Source: Bdellovibrionota bacterium (GTDB taxonomy: Bacteria; Bdellovibrionota; Bdellovibrionia; Bdellovibrionales; Bdellovibrionaceae). From it: DNA of 64,000 nucleotides. The position numbers were made by a program, and so were the translations under genes. Below the pieces are notes generated by a model. The model worked only from the letters and a program-made list of their open reading frames with translations, was not told where the DNA came from and made no database searches. The stretch is taken from assembly GCA_052034855.1 (NCBI GenBank), contig JBPOIE010000023.1, positions 13,534-77,533 on the forward strand, given 5' to 3'. Below, in pieces: positions 39,851 through 48,090 of this stretch. Numbering within the stretch: the stretch's first letter is position 1; each line of letters starts with the position of its first letter.

Positions 39851-40954
39851 CTATCTTCGCTGCATCAGTCTTCTTTTTTTACCATCTTTTGTCAGCTTAA
39901 ACGCTTGGTCAAAATCCATATTTAAACTGATACTGGCTTGATAGCGATCACTTTTCGATTGACCTGAAGAATTTCCTAACTCTAAGGCATAAGCTGCTGC
40001 TTCAACTTTTAAAAATGAAAAATCCAAAGCTGCCCCGTAAGTCAAATATCCCTGATAAAATCCCGCGCGCAAATCCACCAGCCCGTAAGAAACTTCAGTC
40101 CCCAGATGAATTTTTTTAGATAAGTCCACACTATTGGTCCCAATAAACTTGTATTCAAACGCATGAGTCCAATTACCTAAAGCAAATGGGTGTTGGATCG
40201 AAGCTCCGAAAATAACATTATCATCTTGTCGATTCGGACCCTGTCCAGCTGTAGGTTCAAATCGTGTAAAACCCACGTCTTTCCAGACGAGAGCTAAAGT
40301 TGGATTTAACGAACCGTTGAGAGTTGTTAAAAATGACAAATCCAATGCATTGCCCGAACCTTTAGATAAAATGTTCGTGTCCATAAATTGATTGAGATCA
40401 GTTCCGATCAGATCTGTAATTAAAAAGTCTTCTTCGGTTGCCCAACGTTTAACGTGTCGTCCTGCAATTCCAAAAGATGTTTTAGGACCAATCGGAATAG
40501 CACCAGCGATCGTGTAACCGTAGTCACTGACAAAATCAAAATTAAAAGTTGGAAATACAGGGTCATCAAAGCGTAAATGGATAAAATTTGAAGAATAGAC
40601 TCCGAATCCAAAATTTGGAAAAGCCATTCCTGATTTCGCCGACGCATCTGAAAATAAAGTGTTCCCATAAAATGAAGATAAATCTGAGGAAGATAAAGTT
40701 GAACTTTGACTTGGAACTTTTCCTGCGCTGACTCCGGCGGCTGCACTAATTTCACCTATCGTGAAGCTATAACCCTCATTCAAAGTTAAGGCCGCTGGAT
40801 TTATAAAAACGGCGTCCACACCGCGAACAGAAGTAATTGCCGTTCCACCCATACCTAAAGATCGTGTCGATTGCAATTGTTGGTACAAAACCCTTGCCTG
40901 TGCTGAAATGGATGCGCTCAAGAAACAAAAAATAATTAAATTTAAAATTCTCAT
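39851..40954 (-). CDS. Outer-membrane beta-barrel, PorV/TraF_2/FadL-like (RxxGMGG hatch motif)
   Basis: Signal peptide AQA, RSLGMGGT..AVFINPAAL, C-terminal IHLGTEV..LRAGFYQGY; ATGA overlap with the upstream lipoprotein. Confidence 0.65.
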   Translation of the reverse strand: MRILNLIIFCFLSASISAQARVLYQQLQSTRSLGMGGTAITSVRGVDAVFINPAALTLNEGYSFTIGEISAAAGVSAGKVPSQSSTLSSSDLSSFYGNTLFSDASAKSGMAFPNFGFGVYSSNFIHLRFDDPVFPTFNFDFVSDYGYTIAGAIPIGPKTSFGIAGRHVKRWATEEDFLITDLIGTDLNQFMDTNILSKGSGNALDLSFLTTLNGSLNPTLALVWKDVGFTRFEPTAGQGPNRQDDNVIFGASIQHPFALGNWTHAFEYKFIGTNSVDLSKKIHLGTEVSYGLVDLRAGFYQGYLTYGAALDFSFLKVEAAAYALELGNSSGQSKSDRYQASISLNMDFDQAFKLTKDGKKRRLMQRR

Positions 40955-41754
40955 GGGCATGCCACCGGAATTAACAAATCATTTCCACCTGTAGCAAAGA
41001 GACCAATTCCGTATTCTGTTGTGTTCACCAAATCACGAACAGTATCGCGAATCATTGGGGTAATATTAGAAGCATCTGTGATTTGGCAAGACGCTCCAGC
41101 GACAGAGGTACATGTATCGATCACGTCATCTAGCGATGATGAAGATGATCCACCAATTAAAGTTGAGGACACTGCCGAAAAGTTTTCCGACATAAAACCG
41201 AAACCCAAAACCACATCATCGATCTGGTCATCAGTCATTCCACTGCAAATATTGACGTCTGCAGTTCCATCACCCAGAGCGGGCGCAAGATCTGCATAAC
41301 CTCTGAGGGCTGTACCAATCAAAACCATTCCTACAATTGAAGTAAATGCATTTTGATTCAATGTTCGTGTTGATGATGTTCCAATCAACTGCATCGTGTC
41401 TAGGGCATTCCGACAGTACTGAGGGGCCACCTCTTTCCCGATAAACGGCGCCATTAAAACAGCAAAGGCACTCCCTGTAGTTGAGGCGGCTAAACTGTCT
41501 GTGTATTCAATAAAATTAAGTCCACATTTACCCGCATAACTACTGGCTAAAACTTCGCGGGCTTTCACCGTGAGTTGACCCTCAGCAGATACCTTTGTCG
41601 TCAAAATTAAAATCGCGGAATCAAAATCTTCATTATTCAAATACTCTTGAGCCTCTAAAATATAATCATCATCACCCGTTTTAGAGCTCAGTTCTTGAAA
41701 TAAATTACCGCTACAAGAGGTGAGAAAAAAAATAATGGTTATCAACTTCTTCAT
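40951..41754 (-). CDS. Hypothetical lipoprotein, helical and Cys-containing
   Basis: Lipobox FLTSC, TPR-like helix pair near the N-terminus, several Cys; sits between two paralogous barrels. Confidence 0.65.
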   Translation of the reverse strand: MKKLITIIFFLTSCSGNLFQELSSKTGDDDYILEAQEYLNNEDFDSAILILTTKVSAEGQLTVKAREVLASSYAGKCGLNFIEYTDSLAASTTGSAFAVLMAPFIGKEVAPQYCRNALDTMQLIGTSSTRTLNQNAFTSIVGMVLIGTALRGYADLAPALGDGTADVNICSGMTDDQIDDVVLGFGFMSENFSAVSSTLIGGSSSSSLDDVIDTCTSVAGASCQITDASNITPMIRDTVRDLVNTTEYGIGLFATGGNDLLIPVACP

Positions 41755-41768
41755 TTTTAGAACCTCTC

Positions 41769-42869
41769 TTAATATCTAACTGTAAATTTCATATTAAACC
41801 TGCGATCTTCACGAGCTGTCGTGACACCTGCTACAGTTGTTCCAATTTCTTCACCATAGCTGGCCACTTGCCAACTGAGTTTTTCTGATGCCACTTCAAA
41901 TCCTGCTGTCCAATAACGTTGATTCATACCAGCTCTGAAAAATAAAATATCTCGGTAATTTGTTTCAAACCCAAAGTGAGCTCGTTTCATCGAATCATCA
42001 TCTTGTCTTGAATTGGCCACGTCGTTATATTGCAATGACCACACAGTTCGAAATGAATTTGAGTGTATTGGAAAAAGTGAAATCCCGACATCTACAGACT
42101 GCTTCACGGTTGCTGGCTGTGTCGCCGTTCTTAACCTGAGACCATCTTTAGCATCAAACTTTGTATCACCGATATCATGAGCAATAACCGCCAACGACGG
42201 AAGTAATTTGATCGGAACTTGAATCATCATCGAGGCATCATAACTGATTCCAGTTCCTTCGGAACCAATGGTTTCCAAATCAAATGGGCCCGTTGTTGGC
42301 AATGTTGTATTATTCACTTCGATACGATTGAAGGCTTTTGCATTTACACCGATTTTTAAAATACCACTAAATAGTCTCAGGTTCGTTCCAATCACCGCAC
42401 CTAAATCACTTTGATAAACTGTGTTCATCGTCGTTCCAGTAATTTCAGTTTCTGCATGCAATTGATTTCTGTAGATCAAGCCGAAACCAATATTTCGACG
42501 AACAATCGAAGGCGTTAATTGAAAACGAGCATGATAATATTTTTCACGCTGAGTATCGAGGACTGTTTTAATGGATTCAATATCAAATGCTTTTCCAGAA
42601 ATTGTTGAAGCCACATCTGAACTGAAATTAGTTGTCATTTCAACTTCAGGGTCGAAAGCTGTTCCATAAAGATCCCGCAAACTACCTAAATTGGCTGGAT
42701 TACGAAATAAAGCCGTTTCATCACTAGATACGGCGAGCCCCGCTCCGCCCATACCTTGCGCGCGTGTATTCTTGTAGAATTCCATCCACTCTTGCGCAGA
42801 GGCCATAGAACAAAACAACATGGGTATTATGATTGCGACACTTCGTGTGCCTTGTAAAATCCGTTTCAT
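41769..42869 (-). CDS. Outer-membrane beta-barrel, PorV/TraF_2/FadL-like, paralogue of 39851..40954
   Basis: RAQGMGGAG..ALFRNPANL, AHFGFE..FRAGMNQRY, terminal Tyr. ATG 42869 avoids the overlap with coaE. Confidence 0.65.
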   Translation of the reverse strand: MKRILQGTRSVAIIIPMLFCSMASAQEWMEFYKNTRAQGMGGAGLAVSSDETALFRNPANLGSLRDLYGTAFDPEVEMTTNFSSDVASTISGKAFDIESIKTVLDTQREKYYHARFQLTPSIVRRNIGFGLIYRNQLHAETEITGTTMNTVYQSDLGAVIGTNLRLFSGILKIGVNAKAFNRIEVNNTTLPTTGPFDLETIGSEGTGISYDASMMIQVPIKLLPSLAVIAHDIGDTKFDAKDGLRLRTATQPATVKQSVDVGISLFPIHSNSFRTVWSLQYNDVANSRQDDDSMKRAHFGFETNYRDILFFRAGMNQRYWTAGFEVASEKLSWQVASYGEEIGTTVAGVTTAREDRRFNMKFTVRY

Positions 42870-42876
42870 GTTTAGT

Positions 42877-42903
42877 TTATCGGAACATTTTGAGATGAAC
42901 TTA
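42877..42903 (-). promoter_or_regulatory. Putative sigma28 promoter upstream of the barrel-lipoprotein-barrel genes
   Basis: Minus strand reads TAAG-N15-TCCGATAA. Confidence 0.45.
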
Positions 42904-43488
42904 AGTGTTTTTGAGCCAATTCGAGACAATCTGGATCAGACTTTTTTCAGATCCAGAATTATCAATACAGTACTTTGACTGTGATATTTTTGTCGCAAGT
43001 GGTAACTGATTTTGAATTCTTTGCAAGGCTTCTGCCTGGCTTAAAGTATTGCGATTGATCAGACGTTGCAGCTGAATGTGTGGTTCACACCACACTGTCG
43101 TCACAGCATCAAACTGAGTTTGCATTTTTTTTTCAAATAGGAGTGGAACATCATAAACACAAAGTTTGAAACCTTGTTTTTTATAATCTGTTTTTAAATT
43201 TTGAACTTTTTCTTGGATCAATGGATGTAGAATACTTTCAAGTTGATGCTTTTTCTCGGGACTTGAAAATATGATTTCTGCCAGTTTTTTACGATCTATA
43301 TCTGTGTTCTCTTTTAAAATATCAGAACCAAAATGAGACACGACGGCCAAGTAACCGGCCTCCCCCATACGAGTGACTTGATGTGAGATTTGATCGGCAT
43401 CGATCACAGGACAACCTAGACTTTCGATCAGTCTTGACACTGTTGATTTACCAGTTGCTATACCTCCGGTCAGTCCTATCCACTTCAT
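42901..43488 (-). CDS. coaE: Dephospho-CoA kinase
   Basis: IGLTGGIATGKS, IDADQISH, LESILHPLI, DVPLLFE, IDNSGS. Confidence 0.95.
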   Translation of the reverse strand: MKWIGLTGGIATGKSTVSRLIESLGCPVIDADQISHQVTRMGEAGYLAVVSHFGSDILKENTDIDRKKLAEIIFSSPEKKHQLESILHPLIQEKVQNLKTDYKKQGFKLCVYDVPLLFEKKMQTQFDAVTTVWCEPHIQLQRLINRNTLSQAEALQRIQNQLPLATKISQSKYCIDNSGSEKSLIQIVSNWLKNT

Positions 43489-43565
43489 ATCTCTCTTTTT
43501 TCTCCAAATTCGAATGAATAATACACTTAATTTCGTTTAACAAAGCAGTTTGCTGATTTTAGCCT

Positions 43566-43592
43566 TAAGAATCGATTTATATTAGCCGATCA
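43566..43592 (+). promoter_or_regulatory. Putative sigma28 promoter of the kinase gene
   Basis: TAAG-N15-GCCGATCA. It overlaps the first ATG, implying translation from ATG 43601. Confidence 0.45.
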
Positions 43593-45562
43593 TGAAATCA
43601 ATGTCCAACATTGAGCAATTCGGAAAATACATTTTACTCGAAAAAATAGCTGCTGGCGGTATGGCCGAAGTTTATTTAGCAAAATCAAATGGCGCAAATG
43701 GCGTTAGTAAGTTCGTAGCAGTAAAGCGGATTTTACCGCAGTACTCTGACAACGATGAATTTATTGACATGTTTAAAGAAGAAGCCAAAGTCGCGATTAA
43801 TTTAAATCATTCAAATATTGTTTCTATTTATGATTTTGGTATCGAAAAAGGCCAATTTTTCTTGGTTATGGAATACGTTGAAGGCCGAAACCTTCGACAA
43901 ATTCTAAATGAACTCAAAAAAGCCAACAAAAGTATTAATATTGAACAAGCCGTTTATATTGTTAAAGAAGCTGCGGCGGGTTTAGACCATGCTCACCGCT
44001 GCACGGATTCGAAATCAGGAAAGCCGCTCAACATAACTCATCGAGATATGAGTCCACAAAATATTATGATCTCCTTTGAGGGAGAATCAAAAGTGATCGA
44101 CTTTGGTATCGCTAAGGCAGAAAAAGAATCTGAAGCAACTAAAGCTGGAACATTAAAAGGTAAGTTTGCCTATATGAGTCCAGAACAATCTGAAGGGCTA
44201 CCGATCGATCCTCGCACTGATGTTTTTGCATTAGGAATTATACTTTGGGAGCTATTGGCCAACGATCGTTTATTTACTGGCAGCAATGAAGCCGCGATTT
44301 TAAGAAAAGTTCGTGAATGCCAAATTCCACCGATTCGAAAAATAAATCCTCTTGTTCCACCTGAACTTGAGCGAATTGTTATGAAAGCTTTAGCAAAAGA
44401 TAAAAATGTTCGTTATCAAACTGCAGCCAATTTACAAAAAGACCTTAATCGATTTTTAAATATGCAGTATCCCGATTTTGCGTCTCAGGATTTCAGTTCG
44501 TTTATCAAAGACTGCTTTAAACATGCTTTTGCCGAAGGCCGTGAAAAACTGGTCCAATATGGAAAAATTGAAAATGCGGCAGATTTCTTAGCAATGACTG
44601 AAACGCAATCTCAGCACACTCAAAATAATTCAAGTAAACCCACGCCGCCAGAAATTAAAGATTTACCACCAACACCGAAAGTGGCACAAACTGTACAGCC
44701 ACCTCCAATTCCTGTCATCGAAGCTGCTCTGGCGCCAAAAGGACTGAATTCTAATCCACAAGTTAAAATTTCACTCGATGGAATTCGAAACGTTGGAATC
44801 AACAAAAGTCATACGCCAAAGCCGCAAGCTTTAAATTCAAACTTTGAGAACGGACCTTCTACTCGCGTCACTCATATCACTCAGCTCTCAAAAGTGATGC
44901 CGCCAAATAATAAATCACAGTCAAGCAGTGGCGGCGACATGGCAATGAAGCTTTTCTTTGTCGTAGCGCTCGGTTTAGCAAGTTTTTGGGGTTATACAAA
45001 TTATTTAAAGCCCCAACAAAATGAGACCAATCTTGCAAACAATACTAAAAAAACACAAATATCTCCAGATGGTAATTCTGGAAAAATAGACATGGGTTCA
45101 ACAGCACGAGTTTCAATCTCAGTGACAAGCCAACCCTTAGGTGCTCGAATTTTTATTGATGGAAAAGACACAGGACAATTAACTCCATCGATTGTTCCAG
45201 TCGTCGCAAACAAAGAAGTTGTGATAACAATGGTCAAAGATGGATTTCAACGTTACGAAACAAATAAGCAATTTGCACAAACAGCGTCATTTGCAGCAAC
45301 ACTACTGCCACAAACGAGTGGCGGTTATTTGAATATCTATGTCGTCAATGGTGGTGTTAAACCTGCTATTTTTGTCAATGGCCAGCGCCTTGCGGAAGAG
45401 CTCCCCATTAAAAAATATCGCGTCAATGCAAATGCCGAAATCGTCGTTTATGCAGAAAATGCGATCACTCGACTGAGTGATCAAGTCAAAGTAAAACTTG
45501 CAGCAGATGAAATCAGAGATATAGAATTGATTCTAGGTCGAAAACACTCAGAAAAAAAATAA
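43592..45562 (+). CDS. Membrane Hanks-type Ser/Thr protein kinase with extracytoplasmic PEGA-like domains
   Basis: IAAGGMAEV, VAVK, HRDMSPQN, DFG, YMSPEQ, DVFALG; one TM; VTSQPLGARIFIDG PEGA-like motif. Confidence 0.93.
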   Translation: MKSMSNIEQFGKYILLEKIAAGGMAEVYLAKSNGANGVSKFVAVKRILPQYSDNDEFIDMFKEEAKVAINLNHSNIVSIYDFGIEKGQFFLVMEYVEGRNLRQILNELKKANKSINIEQAVYIVKEAAAGLDHAHRCTDSKSGKPLNITHRDMSPQNIMISFEGESKVIDFGIAKAEKESEATKAGTLKGKFAYMSPEQSEGLPIDPRTDVFALGIILWELLANDRLFTGSNEAAILRKVRECQIPPIRKINPLVPPELERIVMKALAKDKNVRYQTAANLQKDLNRFLNMQYPDFASQDFSSFIKDCFKHAFAEGREKLVQYGKIENAADFLAMTETQSQHTQNNSSKPTPPEIKDLPPTPKVAQTVQPPPIPVIEAALAPKGLNSNPQVKISLDGIRNVGINKSHTPKPQALNSNFENGPSTRVTHITQLSKVMPPNNKSQSSSGGDMAMKLFFVVALGLASFWGYTNYLKPQQNETNLANNTKKTQISPDGNSGKIDMGSTARVSISVTSQPLGARIFIDGKDTGQLTPSIVPVVANKEVVITMVKDGFQRYETNKQFAQTASFAATLLPQTSGGYLNIYVVNGGVKPAIFVNGQRLAEELPIKKYRVNANAEIVVYAENAITRLSDQVKVKLAADEIRDIELILGRKHSEKK

Positions 45563-47271
45563 TGACTGAAAAAAAATTGGAAAACCTTAAATCTTGGTTG
45601 AACCGTTTACGGTTAAGAAATCAGACTGCTGCCATCAGCTACAAAGACTCTCAAACGAAGCAATGGATTCATTTCACACCCGTGCAGTACTTAAAAAAAA
45701 TAATTTCATTACAAAAAATTCTGGAACAATATTCAGAAACAGGAAGCCTTAAAAATAAAACAGTGGCTTTAATTTCTAATACTCGTTGGGAGTGGGCTGC
45801 ACTTGATATTGCGGCAATTGCTGGAGGGGCTTTATTAGCACCGCTCTATGCAAATCTAAATGACGAGGATGTGACTTATATTTTGAATCACTGCGAAGCA
45901 GATATTGTTGTTCTCGAGACTAAAAAGCATCTTGAACAATTTCATCGTATTGAAAACCAACTGATTAAAAAATTAAATCCAATTATTATTGATGAATTAA
46001 ACATCGACACTGACTCTCTCACTGAAAAACAAATTGACGCCTTTATTGAGAGGGCAGGTCTGGTTCAGCCTGAAGACCCGATCACAATTATTTATACTTC
46101 TGGAACCACAGGACAACCCAAAGGTGTCTTAATGCAATTGCAAGCATTGATGTCTGAGGTCAGTGAAACATTTGCTTTGTTTCGCATAACAGAAGCAGAC
46201 ACCTCTCTTTCGTTTCTCCCCTACGCTCATGTCATGGGCCGCATCGAACACTGGGGAAGTTGTGCTATTGGATATCGTCTTGCATTTGCAGAGTCCATAG
46301 AAACACTTAGAAATGATCTCATGACGATTCAACCCGATTTTCTTATTGCAGTACCACGAATTTTTGAAAAAATATATGCAGGAATTTTGAATAAAGTTGA
46401 AACAAAACCTCTCAATAAAAAATTATTTGATCAAGCTTTGCTCGTATCAGAAAAAATAAATTATTATCGACAAACAAAACAGACACCTCCTCTGTCTTTG
46501 ATTTTAAAATTCGAAGTGCTCTCGAAAGTGGTTTTTGCTCCTGTTCGGAAAGCATTCGGTGGCAAGCTGAGATTTGCGATCAGCGGTGGAGCCCCACTCG
46601 GAGCCGAACTGGGTCAATTTTTTGCGAATATGGGAATCAAAGTTCTTGAAGGCTATGGTTTGACAGAAACTTTCGCAGCCATCACGGTGAATACAGAATC
46701 ACAATGGAGATTAGGCACCGTAGGGCGACCAATCGGAGATGTTGATATTCGTTTTGATGAGGACGGTGAAATTCTAGTTAAATCCAAAAAGATTCTTAAA
46801 GAGTATTACAAAAATCCCGAAGCCACAGCAGAAGTATTCAAAGATGACTACTTTCGTACCGGCGACATCGGAGAATTTACTTCAGATGGATTTCTTAAAA
46901 TTACAGATCGTAAAAAAGATCTGATCAAAACGGCTGGTGGCAAATACGTGGCACCGCAAAAACTTGAAGGACTTCTCAAGCAAGATCCATTGATTGCCCA
47001 GGTTTTAATTATTGGAGATCAAAGAAAATTTATTTCTGCTTTAATCTCAGTTGAAATTTCCTCTGAAAACATGGAAGTCACATTCGATAAGGTCAAAAAA
47101 CAAGTTCAAAAAGTAAACTCATCTTTGGCCAGTTATGATGCGATCAAAAAATTTGAAATTGTTTTTGAATCTTGGACTGTCGACAACGGTAGCCTGACTC
47201 CCTCAATGAAGATCAAACGCAAGGTGCTTGAAAAAAGATATGCGGATTTGATCGAAAAACTGTACTCTTAA
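45562..47271 (+). CDS. fadD: Long-chain fatty acid-CoA ligase (AMP-forming)
   Basis: YTSGTTGQPKG, EGYGLTET, YFRTGDIG, ITDRKKDLIKTAGGKYVAP, LTPSMKIKR; TAATG overlap with the kinase. Confidence 0.85.
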   Translation: MTEKKLENLKSWLNRLRLRNQTAAISYKDSQTKQWIHFTPVQYLKKIISLQKILEQYSETGSLKNKTVALISNTRWEWAALDIAAIAGGALLAPLYANLNDEDVTYILNHCEADIVVLETKKHLEQFHRIENQLIKKLNPIIIDELNIDTDSLTEKQIDAFIERAGLVQPEDPITIIYTSGTTGQPKGVLMQLQALMSEVSETFALFRITEADTSLSFLPYAHVMGRIEHWGSCAIGYRLAFAESIETLRNDLMTIQPDFLIAVPRIFEKIYAGILNKVETKPLNKKLFDQALLVSEKINYYRQTKQTPPLSLILKFEVLSKVVFAPVRKAFGGKLRFAISGGAPLGAELGQFFANMGIKVLEGYGLTETFAAITVNTESQWRLGTVGRPIGDVDIRFDEDGEILVKSKKILKEYYKNPEATAEVFKDDYFRTGDIGEFTSDGFLKITDRKKDLIKTAGGKYVAPQKLEGLLKQDPLIAQVLIIGDQRKFISALISVEISSENMEVTFDKVKKQVQKVNSSLASYDAIKKFEIVFESWTVDNGSLTPSMKIKRKVLEKRYADLIEKLYS

Positions 47272-47310
47272 TTTCTTAAAAATCACTGTTTTTGCCACTT
47301 GTTGTCCACT

Positions 47311-47325
47311 GTCTAACTTCGAGAC
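47311..47325 (+). promoter_or_regulatory. Palindromic operator-like site (copy 3)
   Basis: GTCTAA-CTT-CGAGAC followed by ACTCA; shares the CTT spacer and the GAGACACTCA arm with copy 2. Confidence 0.45.
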
Positions 47326-47354
47326 ACTCAAAACTCATATATTCCGGCCTATTG

Positions 47355-47370
47355 TGGAATGGTTCATGCT
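47355..47370 (+). promoter_or_regulatory. Putative sigma54 -24/-12 promoter of the Cys-rich lipoprotein
   Basis: TGGAATGGTTCATGCT with GG-N10-GC spacing; weaker match than the other two. Confidence 0.4.
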
Positions 47371-47410
47371 GTTCTTTTCAATGAATCGTTTTTAGCGACA
47401 GGAGTAGAAC

Positions 47411-48007
47411 ATGAAAAATATAATCCTTACTGCCATGGCACTGTTGACCTTGGCTGGCTTTGGTTGTGCCAAAGGTGGTAGCTCGGACGACCAACAAACA
47501 ACAACTGTTATGACGACCGACTGTGTAACATACCCTCAGAATTGCAATACCAATTACTACAATAATCAGTATGGTTTTCAACCGTATCAGTCCTATAATG
47601 GCAGTTACTTTTATAACAACGGTTACTACGGCACAGGATCTGGATCGATGTATTACAACGCCAATGGCAACAGCCTTTGCAACTGTCCACAAGGGACAGT
47701 TCCGACCTATAATTCGTTTGCAGGAATGGGTTGCGTTAATTCAAATTTAATGGGCAATACGAGTGCTTATGCCTATTACGGTTGGAGCACTGGGCCTAAT
47801 AACAACCAATGGATGAATATTCCGCAAATTTCGAACTATGTCGGCTATCCCGGTCAGTCTTGCTATAACGGCGTCGTTCAATCTTGCTTGACGGATCAGC
47901 AAAATACGTGCGGAACGGGCTTTACATGTCGCGCAAGCTCTGCTCAGTCTCGTATCGGACTTTGTGTGTCTAATTCAGCGTCATCGTCAGGGCAAATCTT
48001 TCGATAA
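47411..48007 (+). CDS. Cys-, Tyr-, Asn- and Gly-rich lipoprotein, unknown function
   Basis: Lipobox AGFGC, AGGAG SD, 10 further Cys, low-complexity YYNN/YYG segments. Confidence 0.8.
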   Translation: MKNIILTAMALLTLAGFGCAKGGSSDDQQTTTVMTTDCVTYPQNCNTNYYNNQYGFQPYQSYNGSYFYNNGYYGTGSGSMYYNANGNSLCNCPQGTVPTYNSFAGMGCVNSNLMGNTSAYAYYGWSTGPNNNQWMNIPQISNYVGYPGQSCYNGVVQSCLTDQQNTCGTGFTCRASSAQSRIGLCVSNSASSSGQIFR

Positions 48008-48043
48008 ATTTTATTGATATTTTCTTTTAAAAATCGACACCTA

Positions 48044-48090
48044 AAGACTCCTTTGATAGCGTTAAAAGACGCCACCAAAGGAGTTTTTTT
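48044..48090 (+). terminator. Hairpin plus T-tract that overlaps the SD of the M3 peptidase gene
   Basis: ACTCCTTTG (48047-48055) pairs with CAAAGGAGT (48076-48084); inner GCGT/ACGC stem; T7 directly before ATG 48091. Confidence 0.55.

Noticed and set aside
47378-47692. 104-aa hydrophobic antisense ORF
   Set aside because: Mirror of the ACA/AAC-rich lipoprotein gene on the plus strand, which has a clear SD and lipobox.
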